From: an uncultured Dictyoglomota bacterium
GTDB taxonomy: Bacteria; Dictyoglomota; Dictyoglomia; Dictyoglomales; Dictyoglomaceae
Reading direction: 5' to 3'
NCBI GenBank assembly: GCA_964654465.1
Contig: CAZZIO010000062.1
Span: 1-46,445 of the forward strand
Length of the DNA: 46,445 bases
In this document: positions 20,422-29,080 of the stretch, one piece after another
How positions within the stretch are numbered: position 1 is the first letter of the stretch
Layout of the letters: each line of letters opens with the position of its first letter
The notes under the pieces: model-generated
What the model saw: the letters and a program-made list of their open reading frames with translations, nothing else
What the model was told of the DNA's origin: nothing
The model's database searches: none
Position numbers and translations under genes: made by a program

Positions 20422-21351
20422 ATGGTAAAAATAAGGCTCATAACCATATCAAGAGATTTCGGTACAGATATAGATGAAATCATAAATAAAATATCAAAGA
20501 AATTTAATGGGGAAATTTTAGACCGTAGAAGAATTCATGAAGAATTAGCCCTTGAAGGTTTTAATATACAAGAATTTGAGAATAAAGAGAAAGAACTGGA
20601 AAAAGGAATTAGAGATCCTAATTTCATAGAAACTTACAAAGAACAGGTAAGAATGATTGTTAAAAAGTATATGGAAAAGGATTATATCATTTTTTTATTA
20701 GGAAGAGGAGGCCAATTTCTCTTTAAAGACGAAAATTATTCCTTTCATATTAACGTTATCGCACCCTTAGGCTATAGAATAAAATTCTTAACTAATAAAT
20801 TTCTCCTTTCTGAGGAAAAAGCCTTGGAACTAATAAAAGAAAAAGACTTTTCAAGAGAGATTTTCTATAAAACGTTATTTTTAAACAGTTGGAAAGACCC
20901 ATCTTTATACCATTTAACTATTGACAGATCTTTTTTTACTGCAGAGGAGATAGAATCTATCATTGAAAAGGTAATAGAAAGGCAAGAATCAAAAATATAT
21001 ACTCCAGAACAACTATCTCTTCCCCAAAAGCCTAAATTTGCTAACAAAACCGAAGAAGAATTTGCAAAGATATTAACCTTTTATCAAATAAGGTGGGAAT
21101 ACGAACCAAGAACATTTCCATTGGAATGGGATAATGATGGGAATGTAATAGAATCCTTTACCCCAGATTTTTATTTACCCGATTTTGATCTATATATTGA
21201 ACTCACATTACAGAGACCAAGGGTTATGGGGGAAAAACTAAAAAAAATAAAAAAACTAAAAAATTTATATCCAGATATAAAAATAAAATTATTCTATGGT
21301 AAAGAATATGAAAAACTTTTATCAAAATATGGAATTAAAGGAATAAGATAG
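20422..21351 (+). CDS. Cytidylate-kinase-like domain fused to a C-terminal PD-(D/E)XK nuclease-like domain
   Basis: N-terminal ITISRDFG...LGRGGQFL...AP..YR...R....F...W.DPSLYHLTID; C-terminal EEEFA...WEYEP...FTPDFYLP...YIELT. Confidence 0.8.
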   Translation: MVKIRLITISRDFGTDIDEIINKISKKFNGEILDRRRIHEELALEGFNIQEFENKEKELEKGIRDPNFIETYKEQVRMIVKKYMEKDYIIFLLGRGGQFLFKDENYSFHINVIAPLGYRIKFLTNKFLLSEEKALELIKEKDFSREIFYKTLFLNSWKDPSLYHLTIDRSFFTAEEIESIIEKVIERQESKIYTPEQLSLPQKPKFANKTEEEFAKILTFYQIRWEYEPRTFPLEWDNDGNVIESFTPDFYLPDFDLYIELTLQRPRVMGEKLKKIKKLKNLYPDIKIKLFYGKEYEKLLSKYGIKGIR

Positions 21352-21355
21352 AAAT

Positions 21356-21880
21356 ATGGAAAAAATAGGAAAAATACTTTTTACAAAAGAAGATATTGAG
21401 AAAAGGATAAAAGAATTAGGAGAAGAAATAAGCATAGATTATAAAGACAAAGATCTTATACTCGCTTGTGTCTTAAAAGGAGCAGTATATTTTACCGTTG
21501 ATCTTACAAGAAATATTAAAATTCCATTTATTTTAGACTTTATCTCCATATTAAGCTATGGTTCATCTAAGAATAATCAAGGAATTGTCAGAATTACTAA
21601 GGACTTAGATATAAATATAATGGGTAAAGATGTAATAATAATAGAGGATATTGTAGATACTGGATTAACTTTATCTTATTTAATAAGAAATCTTCAAACA
21701 AGAAACCCAAATTCTATAAAAGTATGCACGCTCCTTGATTGCCCAGGAAGAAGAATAATAGATATAGAGGTAGATTATAAGGGTTTTGAAATACCAAATT
21801 ACTACGTTATAGGATATGGGCTTGATTATAAAGAAAAATATAGAAATCTACCATATATAGCCATATTAGAAGAATTTTAA
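21356..21880 (+). CDS. hpt: Hypoxanthine phosphoribosyltransferase
   Basis: VLKGA, SYG loop, IIEDIVDTGLTL PRPP-binding motif, GYGLDY..YRNLPYI. Confidence 0.93.
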   Translation: MEKIGKILFTKEDIEKRIKELGEEISIDYKDKDLILACVLKGAVYFTVDLTRNIKIPFILDFISILSYGSSKNNQGIVRITKDLDINIMGKDVIIIEDIVDTGLTLSYLIRNLQTRNPNSIKVCTLLDCPGRRIIDIEVDYKGFEIPNYYVIGYGLDYKEKYRNLPYIAILEEF

Positions 21881-22243
21881 TTAAAGCCTTGAGGCAAGCG
21901 CTAAAAACTTATCTATATAACTCTTCATACCTTCTACATGCTTAATAATCTCTTCCCTAAGCTTCTCTCCCTCATCCGTTAGACGATATACCTTCTTAGC
22001 AGGGCCCGTTTCTTCCATGCTCCATCTACCAATAATAATACCTTCTTCTTCCAACTCCCTTAAAATTCTATAACCTCTTCCCATACCACCTATACCTGGT
22101 GTAATAATACCTGGGAAAGCCTCGGTAAGACTTGAGATGAGTTCATATCCGTGGAGCTCTCTATCTGATAAAGAAATTATTATCCAAGCTCTCAACCAGA
22201 AGGTAGGAGAAAGACCTGTAGATCTTACATTGCATCTTTTCAT
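21881..22243 (-). CDS. PadR-family transcriptional regulator (probable start 22243)
   Basis: LHGYEL, YRILRELEEEG, GPAKKVYRLTDEG; purine-rich GGAGGGCTGGAG precedes ATG 22243. Confidence 0.9.
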   Translation of the reverse strand: MKRCNVRSTGLSPTFWLRAWIIISLSDRELHGYELISSLTEAFPGIITPGIGGMGRGYRILRELEEEGIIIGRWSMEETGPAKKVYRLTDEGEKLREEIIKHVEGMKSYIDKFLALASRL

Positions 22244-22264
22244 ACTCCAGCCCTCCATATATTC

Positions 22265-22306
22265 TATATCTAATTTTAATATATATACCATTTAAATATT
22301 TGTCAA
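22265..22306 (-). promoter_or_regulatory. padR promoter with overlapping TATAT-N11-ATATA inverted repeat
   Basis: TTGACA (22306-22301)-N17-TATATT (22283-22278); inverted repeat at 22265-22285. Confidence 0.6.
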
Positions 22307-22404
22307 GTAAGGAATACCCAGCAAAAACGAAGAACAATATATTAATATTTATACTTTCATTATATAATTTTAAAAGATTTTTTTAATTGGAGGTGAGATC
22401 AAAC

Positions 22405-23664
22405 ATGTTTTTAGTAATCTTTCTTTTAGTTTTATTTTTAAAAGAGATAATAAGCTTTTATTTAGACATAAGAAATCTAAAATATGCCCTTTCTCATAAA
22501 GAAGTCCCTGAAATATTTAAGGATATTATTACAGATGAAGACTTTAAAAAATCACAAATTTATTTGAAAGATAGGGTTATATTCAATTTATGGTCTAAAA
22601 CCTTTGATTTTATCTTTAACCTAATATTTATTTTCCTTCTTTATCCATATATTGAAAAAATTGTTTCATCAATAACATCATCCTTTATTCTTCAAGGTCT
22701 TCTATTTTTTGGAATATTCGGTCTCATAAATCTTATTATTTCTATACCCTTTGATTTATATTACATCTTTGTAATAGAAAACAAGTACGGATTTAATACT
22801 ATGACCCCTAAGATTTTTCTTCTTGATCTTATCAAATCAATTATCCTTTCTATAATTCTTGGCACACCTATACTCTCTTTACTTCTTTACATTATTAAAT
22901 CTGATCCCAATTTTTGGTGGAAATTTGCCTTAGTAATAATAATATTTGAAATTATAATGGTATATATCTACCCCATATTAATTGCACCTATTTTCAATAA
23001 ATTTACCCCCTTAGAAAATGAGGATTTGAGAAAAAAGATTATAGAGCTGTTAGAAAGAGTAGGCTTCAATGTAAAACAAGTATTTGTGATGGATGCTTCA
23101 AAAAGAACAAGAAAACAAAATGCCTATTTTACAGGTATTGGAAAATCCAAAAGAGTAGTACTTTATGATACATTACTCTCATATCCTCAAGAGGAAATTG
23201 TTGCTATTTTTGCCCATGAATTGGGTCATTATAAAAAGAGGCATATTACTATTCTAATGCTTTCTTCAATAATATTTTATGTTTTCTATATCTATCTAAC
23301 TTTTATTGTCTTTAAATCTGCCCCCCTAAGTAAATACTTTGGAGTACAAAAGGAGTTTACTCTCCTTACTTATGCCTTTATCTTTGCTTCATCTTTCTTT
23401 TACTTTTTAAATCCATTAATAAATTTCTTGTCAAGAAAAATGGAATACTCAGCTGACAGATTCTCTGCAGAACTTATTGGAACTCCCTATCCTTTAATAA
23501 GTGCCTTGATAAGATTAGTGAAAGAAAATCTTTCAAATCTTTATCCTGATCCACTATATAGGACTTGGTATTACTCCCATCCTACACCTTCAGAAAGAAT
23601 CTACCATTTATTAACCTTAGAAAAGGAGGTAAAAAAAGATGAAAATAACAATAGCCCAAATTAA
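22405..23664 (+). CDS. M48-family (Ste24/HtpX-like) membrane zinc metalloprotease
   Basis: IENKYGFN, MDASKR, NAYFTG, HELGH (HExxH), EYSAD, YYSHP; GGAGGTG SD before ATG 22405. Confidence 0.93.
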   Translation: MFLVIFLLVLFLKEIISFYLDIRNLKYALSHKEVPEIFKDIITDEDFKKSQIYLKDRVIFNLWSKTFDFIFNLIFIFLLYPYIEKIVSSITSSFILQGLLFFGIFGLINLIISIPFDLYYIFVIENKYGFNTMTPKIFLLDLIKSIILSIILGTPILSLLLYIIKSDPNFWWKFALVIIIFEIIMVYIYPILIAPIFNKFTPLENEDLRKKIIELLERVGFNVKQVFVMDASKRTRKQNAYFTGIGKSKRVVLYDTLLSYPQEEIVAIFAHELGHYKKRHITILMLSSIIFYVFYIYLTFIVFKSAPLSKYFGVQKEFTLLTYAFIFASSFFYFLNPLINFLSRKMEYSADRFSAELIGTPYPLISALIRLVKENLSNLYPDPLYRTWYYSHPTPSERIYHLLTLEKEVKKDENNNSPN

Positions 23665-25216
23665 CCCCACGATAGGAGATGTTGAGGGAAATTTTAATAA
23701 AATAGAATTAGCCATAGAGAAGGGGATCAAAGATAATTCTGATTTAATTATATTTCCAGAAATGTCCATATTAGGATTTCCCCCCTTTGACTTACTAAAA
23801 AGGAAAAATATAAAAGAAAAATTAGAATATAGTATAGAGAAAATCCTAAGAAAAAATTATCCAATAGGTATTTTAATAGGATCTCCTTATTATACTTCTC
23901 ATGGCATTTATAATAGTGCCTACTTATTTTATAAAAATACTTTAAAAAGAGTTGATAAATTCCTTTTCACAAAAGATCCACTACTCAAAAATCTTTATTT
24001 TCAATGTGGTAATTCAGAATTTATAGAGTTTAATAATCATAAAATAGGCATCTTTATAGGGGACGATCTTTTACAGTGTGATGACACAACGCCTTTACAA
24101 GAATATCTCTATCAAGTTGATCTAATTATTATAATTTCCTCTTCTTTTTATTATTTAGGAAAAAGAAAGGAAAAAATTGAAAAGGCAAGAAATATAGCAA
24201 AAAACTTCAACAAAAAAATTATATATGTAAATCAAGTAGGGGGAAATGGGGAATTAATCTTTGAAGGTGGTAGCTTTATAATTTCAGAAAAAGGAGATTT
24301 GATTTTTGAAGGCAAAAATTTTGAAGAAGATATAACAACCATAAATTTGGAAAATCTATCAGTAACTTCTTATAAAGAAGAAGACATTTCTTTTATATAC
24401 AATGGTTTAATTTTAGGAGTAAGAGATTACTTTAGAAAATCTGGTTTTGAAAAAGCTGTAATTGGACTTTCAGGTGGGATAGACTCTGCAGTTGTAGCTT
24501 GTATTGCCAAGGAAGCCCTAAGTGAGGAAAAAGTATTAGGAGTAAGTATGCCTTCTGTATATACCTCAAAAGAAAGTATCGAAGATGCTAAGGAACTTTC
24601 AAAAAATCTAAATATTAATTTTAGGCTTTTATCAATAAAAGATATATTTTACTCATACCTAAAAGAATTAAATCCCTCTCCATCTCCTGTTATGGATGTG
24701 GCAGAAGAAAACCTACAATCCCGTATAAGAGGAAATCTACTAATGTTTATATCAAATAGAGAAAATTACATTGTACTTGCAACAGGAAATAGATCCGAAG
24801 CTCTTACAGGTTATTGTACCCTTTATGGAGATACAGCAGGAAGTCTGGAGGTTATTGGTGATATCTATAAAACTACAGTATATAAATTGGCAGAATACAT
24901 AAATAGGGAAAGAGAAATTATACCCAAAAATATTATTACAAAAGCACCATCTGCAGAATTACGTCCAAATCAAAAGGATGAGGATTCTCTTCCACCCTAT
25001 CCTTTATTAGATCCTATTCTTTCCGCATATGTGGATGAGAACAAATCAGAAGAAGAAATTATAAATTTAGGATTTCCTAAAAATATAGTAAGAAATGTTA
25101 TAGAAAAAGTTGAAAAAAGTGAATATAAAAGAAGACAAATCCCACCTGTATTGAGAATTAGATCCAAAAATCCTTTAAGAGAAAGGGTCTTACCCTTAGT
25201 TTATAAAATAATATGA
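23639..25216 (+). CDS. nadE: Two-domain NAD+ synthetase (nitrilase-like glutaminase domain plus synthetase)
   Basis: AQINPTIGD, FPE, VNQVGGN; GLSGGIDS, ENLQSRIRG, TGNRSE, TLYGD, PSAELRPNQKD, SEYKRRQ. Confidence 0.93.
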   Translation: MKITIAQINPTIGDVEGNFNKIELAIEKGIKDNSDLIIFPEMSILGFPPFDLLKRKNIKEKLEYSIEKILRKNYPIGILIGSPYYTSHGIYNSAYLFYKNTLKRVDKFLFTKDPLLKNLYFQCGNSEFIEFNNHKIGIFIGDDLLQCDDTTPLQEYLYQVDLIIIISSSFYYLGKRKEKIEKARNIAKNFNKKIIYVNQVGGNGELIFEGGSFIISEKGDLIFEGKNFEEDITTINLENLSVTSYKEEDISFIYNGLILGVRDYFRKSGFEKAVIGLSGGIDSAVVACIAKEALSEEKVLGVSMPSVYTSKESIEDAKELSKNLNINFRLLSIKDIFYSYLKELNPSPSPVMDVAEENLQSRIRGNLLMFISNRENYIVLATGNRSEALTGYCTLYGDTAGSLEVIGDIYKTTVYKLAEYINREREIIPKNIITKAPSAELRPNQKDEDSLPPYPLLDPILSAYVDENKSEEEIINLGFPKNIVRNVIEKVEKSEYKRRQIPPVLRIRSKNPLRERVLPLVYKII

Positions 25217-25257
25217 TATAATTCTTTAGATTAACTAAAAAGGAGGTGCTAATTTTA

Positions 25258-27177
25258 ATGAGAAGAAATCGTTTTACCGAACCCCAAATGGATGAGAAAG
25301 ATCTACAATACCTAAAACAATTAGCCCACAAATGTAGAGGCGACATACTAAAAATGACCACATTAGCTGGATCTGGTCATCCCGGAGGTTCCATGTCATC
25401 AATTGAAATGTATTTAACCCTTTATTATTTTGCAAATGTAGATCCTCAAAATCCAAAGAATCCTGACAGAGATAGAATTATTATCAGTCACGGTCATACC
25501 TCTCCAGGAGTATATTCAGCCTTAGGTAATCTTGGTTTTTTCAATATAGATGAGGCTATTGCGTATTTTAGGCTCGCTGGAAGTATATTTGAGGGACATG
25601 TGGAAAGATATGTACCAGGAGTAGAATGGAGCACAGGTAATTTAGGACAAGGACTTTCTGCTGGTTGTGGAATGGCACTTTCTGCAAAACTTCTTAAAAA
25701 AGATTTCCATGTATTTGTAGTAATGGGAGACGGAGAACAACAAAAGGGACAAATATCCGAGGCCAGAAGATTTGCTAAAAAATATAATCTATCAAATTTA
25801 ACAGTCTTAATTGATTATAACAAGCTACAGCTTTCAGGACCATTATCTGAAATCATGCCTCAAAATATAAAAGAAAACTACCTCTCTGATGGATGGGAAG
25901 TAATAGAGGTAGATGGACACGATCTACAAGCGTTATATAAAGCTATAAGACAAGCTGTATATGACGAAAAACCAACTGCCATATTAGCCCATACAGTTAT
26001 GGGTAAAGGTGTTTCCTTTATGGAGAATAAATTTGAATTTCATGGAAGAGCTTTAAAACCAGATGAATACAAGAAAGCCATTGAAGAACTCGGAATTGAA
26101 GATGATCTTGAAAAATATAAAGCTATGAGAGAAAACTTCAAACCAAAAGATAAACACATTGTTGAGCCATATTCTATTAATATTGATACTGGTACACCTA
26201 TCACCTATGATAAGGATGCAAAGATTGATAACAGAGGAGCCTTTGGAAAAGCATTGGCAGATCTTGCCAAATTAAACATTGGTAAAGAAGGAAAGACACC
26301 TATTGCGGTAGTTGATTGCGATCTTATGGAATCGGTAAGAACCCATGAATTTGGAAAAATCGCCCCAGAAAACTTCTTTGAGACAGGTATACAAGAACAT
26401 AATGCAGCTACTCTCTCAGGAGCTCTTTCATCTCAAGGAGTTATAACCTTCTTTGCAGACTTTGGAGTCTTTGGAGTTGATGAGACTTATAATCAGCATC
26501 GCTTAAACGATATTAATTATACAAATTTGAAAGTTATAGTAACCCATTGTGGACTCGATGTAGGAGAAGATGGAAAAACCCATCAATGTATAGATTATAT
26601 TGGTACATTTAGAAATCTCTTTGGCTTTAAAATTATAATTCCAGCAGATGGTAATCAAACAGATAGGATAATAAGATACGTAGCAAGAGAATTTGGAAAC
26701 TTCTTAGTAGTTATGGGAAGATCTGTAACACCTATAATTACTGATGAGAAAGGAAATCCTCTATATGGTGGGAACTATGAATTCATATATGGAAAGATGG
26801 AAAAAGTAAGAGATGGAGATAAAGCGGCAATCATAGCTTGTGGCCCTATGGTTTTTAGAGCAGTACAAGCATGGGAAAAATTAAAGGAAAAAGGAGTCAA
26901 AGTTAAAGTATTTAATTTCACATCTCCAAAGGAGATAGATTGGAAAGCCTTAGAAGAAGCAGCTAAAACGGGATTTGTAATCACCTATGAGGATCACAAT
27001 GTAAATACTGGAATTGGAAGTATCATTGCAGAAGCTCTCTTAGAAGGAGGCTTCAAGATAAAATTTAGAAAATTTGGAGTAAAAGAATATGGACTATCTG
27101 GAAAACCAGATGCTCTTTACAAGATGCAAGGATTAGATGTAGATTCTGTGGTTGAAACCATACTAAAAGAAATATAA
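25258..27177 (+). CDS. tkt: Transketolase
   Basis: SGHPGGSMS, DRIIISHGH, GNLGQG, GDGE TPP-binding motif, GIQEH, GEDGKTHQ, YEDH; SD AGGAGG before ATG 25258. Confidence 0.93.
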   Translation: MRRNRFTEPQMDEKDLQYLKQLAHKCRGDILKMTTLAGSGHPGGSMSSIEMYLTLYYFANVDPQNPKNPDRDRIIISHGHTSPGVYSALGNLGFFNIDEAIAYFRLAGSIFEGHVERYVPGVEWSTGNLGQGLSAGCGMALSAKLLKKDFHVFVVMGDGEQQKGQISEARRFAKKYNLSNLTVLIDYNKLQLSGPLSEIMPQNIKENYLSDGWEVIEVDGHDLQALYKAIRQAVYDEKPTAILAHTVMGKGVSFMENKFEFHGRALKPDEYKKAIEELGIEDDLEKYKAMRENFKPKDKHIVEPYSINIDTGTPITYDKDAKIDNRGAFGKALADLAKLNIGKEGKTPIAVVDCDLMESVRTHEFGKIAPENFFETGIQEHNAATLSGALSSQGVITFFADFGVFGVDETYNQHRLNDINYTNLKVIVTHCGLDVGEDGKTHQCIDYIGTFRNLFGFKIIIPADGNQTDRIIRYVAREFGNFLVVMGRSVTPIITDEKGNPLYGGNYEFIYGKMEKVRDGDKAAIIACGPMVFRAVQAWEKLKEKGVKVKVFNFTSPKEIDWKALEEAAKTGFVITYEDHNVNTGIGSIIAEALLEGGFKIKFRKFGVKEYGLSGKPDALYKMQGLDVDSVVETILKEI

Positions 27178-27186
27178 GAAAATATA

Positions 27187-27220
27187 AAAAATAGGGGGGT
27201 AAATCTTCCCCCCTTATTTT
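27187..27220. terminator. Bidirectional intrinsic terminator
   Basis: AAAATAGGGGGG...CCCCCCTTATTTT between convergent genes. Confidence 0.75.
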
Positions 27221-27229
27221 ATCTTTAGA

Positions 27230-28156
27230 TTAATCTCTTCTAAATATATTTTCTTCTGTTGGGGGCCAAAGTACATTTTCTTCTTGTAATAAATTAAAAG
27301 TGTAAAGCTCTAAGTTCTCTGCAACTCTTTCTTCTCTTTCTCTTATTGCCCTTAGAAGTCTTGCATAAACCCTTTCTATCTCTTTTGCAAGGAAATAAAG
27401 CTCCTCGTTAGATTCTATTTTACAATTCCAGGTCTTTCTATCAAATTTAATACTTAATGGCCCCTGATAACTCTCCAATGGAATAAGCATAAGTTCTGCA
27501 GTATTTTGTCCCCATTTTTCTGCCAAAGTTCTTGCTATAGCAGAGAGTAATTTTTCTGAAAACTCTATAATCTTCTTTCTGGCTTCCTCTTCCCAAAGCT
27601 CTAAATAATCTTTAACTTCAATAGTATCAAGAGAATAGACGCTTATAAATCCATAAGGAGGTAAAATTACAGGAGGTGGATTTGTAGGCTTCCCTTTTTT
27701 AAATATCCAAAACTTGATTTCTTCTGCACTTCGGTATAAAACCACACCACTAAATTCCCTATTTTGTAGAGCAGAGAAAAACTTTGCAGGAATTATAGTA
27801 TTAGCATCCAGATCTATATATAGAGGATTTCCCACATATACAGCAGAAAGAACAAGTATAAGAACTTTATCAGTAGGGTAATAGGTAATTTTACCAAATC
27901 CCTGCTGAATCTGCCTCATAATAAAATCTACTGCCTCTATTCCCTCCATAGCTCTATTGTTTTGTACCTTTGCAAAAAATGCCTTCCCTTCATAAACAAA
28001 AATTGCTCCTTTGTACTCCTCATCAGTGTAGAGAATTACTCCTGTTGAGTTTTCCTTTCTCAACTTTTTAATAAATCTCTCCGCATTTAATAGAGCAGCA
28101 GGTAGGTTCTCAAACTCAGGCTTCACTTTTTCTAAAAGATACATAAACTCTTTCAT
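27230..28156 (-). CDS. Hypothetical protein with two tandem PATAN/DUF4388-like repeats
   Basis: KPEFENL...L..ENSTGVI...GAIFVYEGK is repeated as NPLYIDL...L...EFSGVV...FWIFKKGK; resembles 35992..37014. Confidence 0.6.
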   Translation of the reverse strand: MKEFMYLLEKVKPEFENLPAALLNAERFIKKLRKENSTGVILYTDEEYKGAIFVYEGKAFFAKVQNNRAMEGIEAVDFIMRQIQQGFGKITYYPTDKVLILVLSAVYVGNPLYIDLDANTIIPAKFFSALQNREFSGVVLYRSAEEIKFWIFKKGKPTNPPPVILPPYGFISVYSLDTIEVKDYLELWEEEARKKIIEFSEKLLSAIARTLAEKWGQNTAELMLIPLESYQGPLSIKFDRKTWNCKIESNEELYFLAKEIERVYARLLRAIREREERVAENLELYTFNLLQEENVLWPPTEENIFRRD

Positions 28157-28270
28157 AGTCTTCCCCCACCTAAATTAAAAAAATCCCTAATGAAAGTTTA
28201 ACATATATTGTTATAAAATAAAAGATGTTATGTAAAAAAATAAAAAAGATTGGAGGTAATAGATTAAAAA

Positions 28271-29080
28271 ATGATGATCGACTACCACATGCATCTTGAA
28301 AGAGGACCTTTTGATGAAAATTGGTGGTTAAAATTTTGGGAAGAAGAGAAAAAGAAAAATATACAAGAAATAGGTATAACAGAACATGGCCATAGATTTA
28401 AAGAATTTAGACCTATTTATGATCACATTCCTATTACTGCCCCATGGTGTGATAGTAACTTAGAAGAATATCGAGAATTTACCACTTTTTTAAAAGAGAA
28501 ATACAAGATCAAGGTAGGAGTTGAGATGGATTACTTCCCTGAAAAAGAAAAAGAGATAAAAGAACTTCTTGAAGAATATAATTTTTTTGATTATGTGTTA
28601 GGATCGGTACATTTTATTGATCACGGTTTTGGATTTGATATAGATCCCAGCGATCCAAGATGGACTGAAAAGGATATAGAAGAAATTTTTGAGGATTATT
28701 TTGATAAAGTAGAAAAGATGATAAAAAGTAATCTTTATGACGTAATTGCCCATTTAGACCTTGTAAAACTTTGGGGTGGAAGAATTCCTAAGAATATCTC
28801 ATCCATATATGAAAGGATTTCAAAAGTAATTATAAGTTCTCAAATGTCATTAGAACTAAATACTGCTGGCTGGAGAAAACCAGTCAAAGAATTGTATCCA
28901 TCCCCTGAATTTTTAAAAATTATATCTTCATATAATATACCTCTAACCTTCGGAGCTGATGCCCATACCCCAGAAGATGCAGGAAGAGATATAGAAAAAG
29001 CTTACCAGATTGCAAAAGATTTAGGTTTTAAAAAAATATCTATCTTTGAGAAAAGAAAAAAAATTTTAATAGATCTATGA
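28271..29080 (+). CDS. PHP-family histidinol phosphatase (HisJ/HisK-like)
   Basis: DYHMH, ITEH, GVEMDY, GSVH, AHLD, ELNTAG, GADAH. Confidence 0.85.
   Translation: MMIDYHMHLERGPFDENWWLKFWEEEKKKNIQEIGITEHGHRFKEFRPIYDHIPITAPWCDSNLEEYREFTTFLKEKYKIKVGVEMDYFPEKEKEIKELLEEYNFFDYVLGSVHFIDHGFGFDIDPSDPRWTEKDIEEIFEDYFDKVEKMIKSNLYDVIAHLDLVKLWGGRIPKNISSIYERISKVIISSQMSLELNTAGWRKPVKELYPSPEFLKIISSYNIPLTFGADAHTPEDAGRDIEKAYQIAKDLGFKKISIFEKRKKILIDL

Noticed and set aside
22244-22291. Longer N-terminal extension of padR (and similarly of lacI, Ste24, tkt, 2HADH and SDR) given in the ORF track
   Set aside because: SD positions and promoter overlap favour the downstream start codons.
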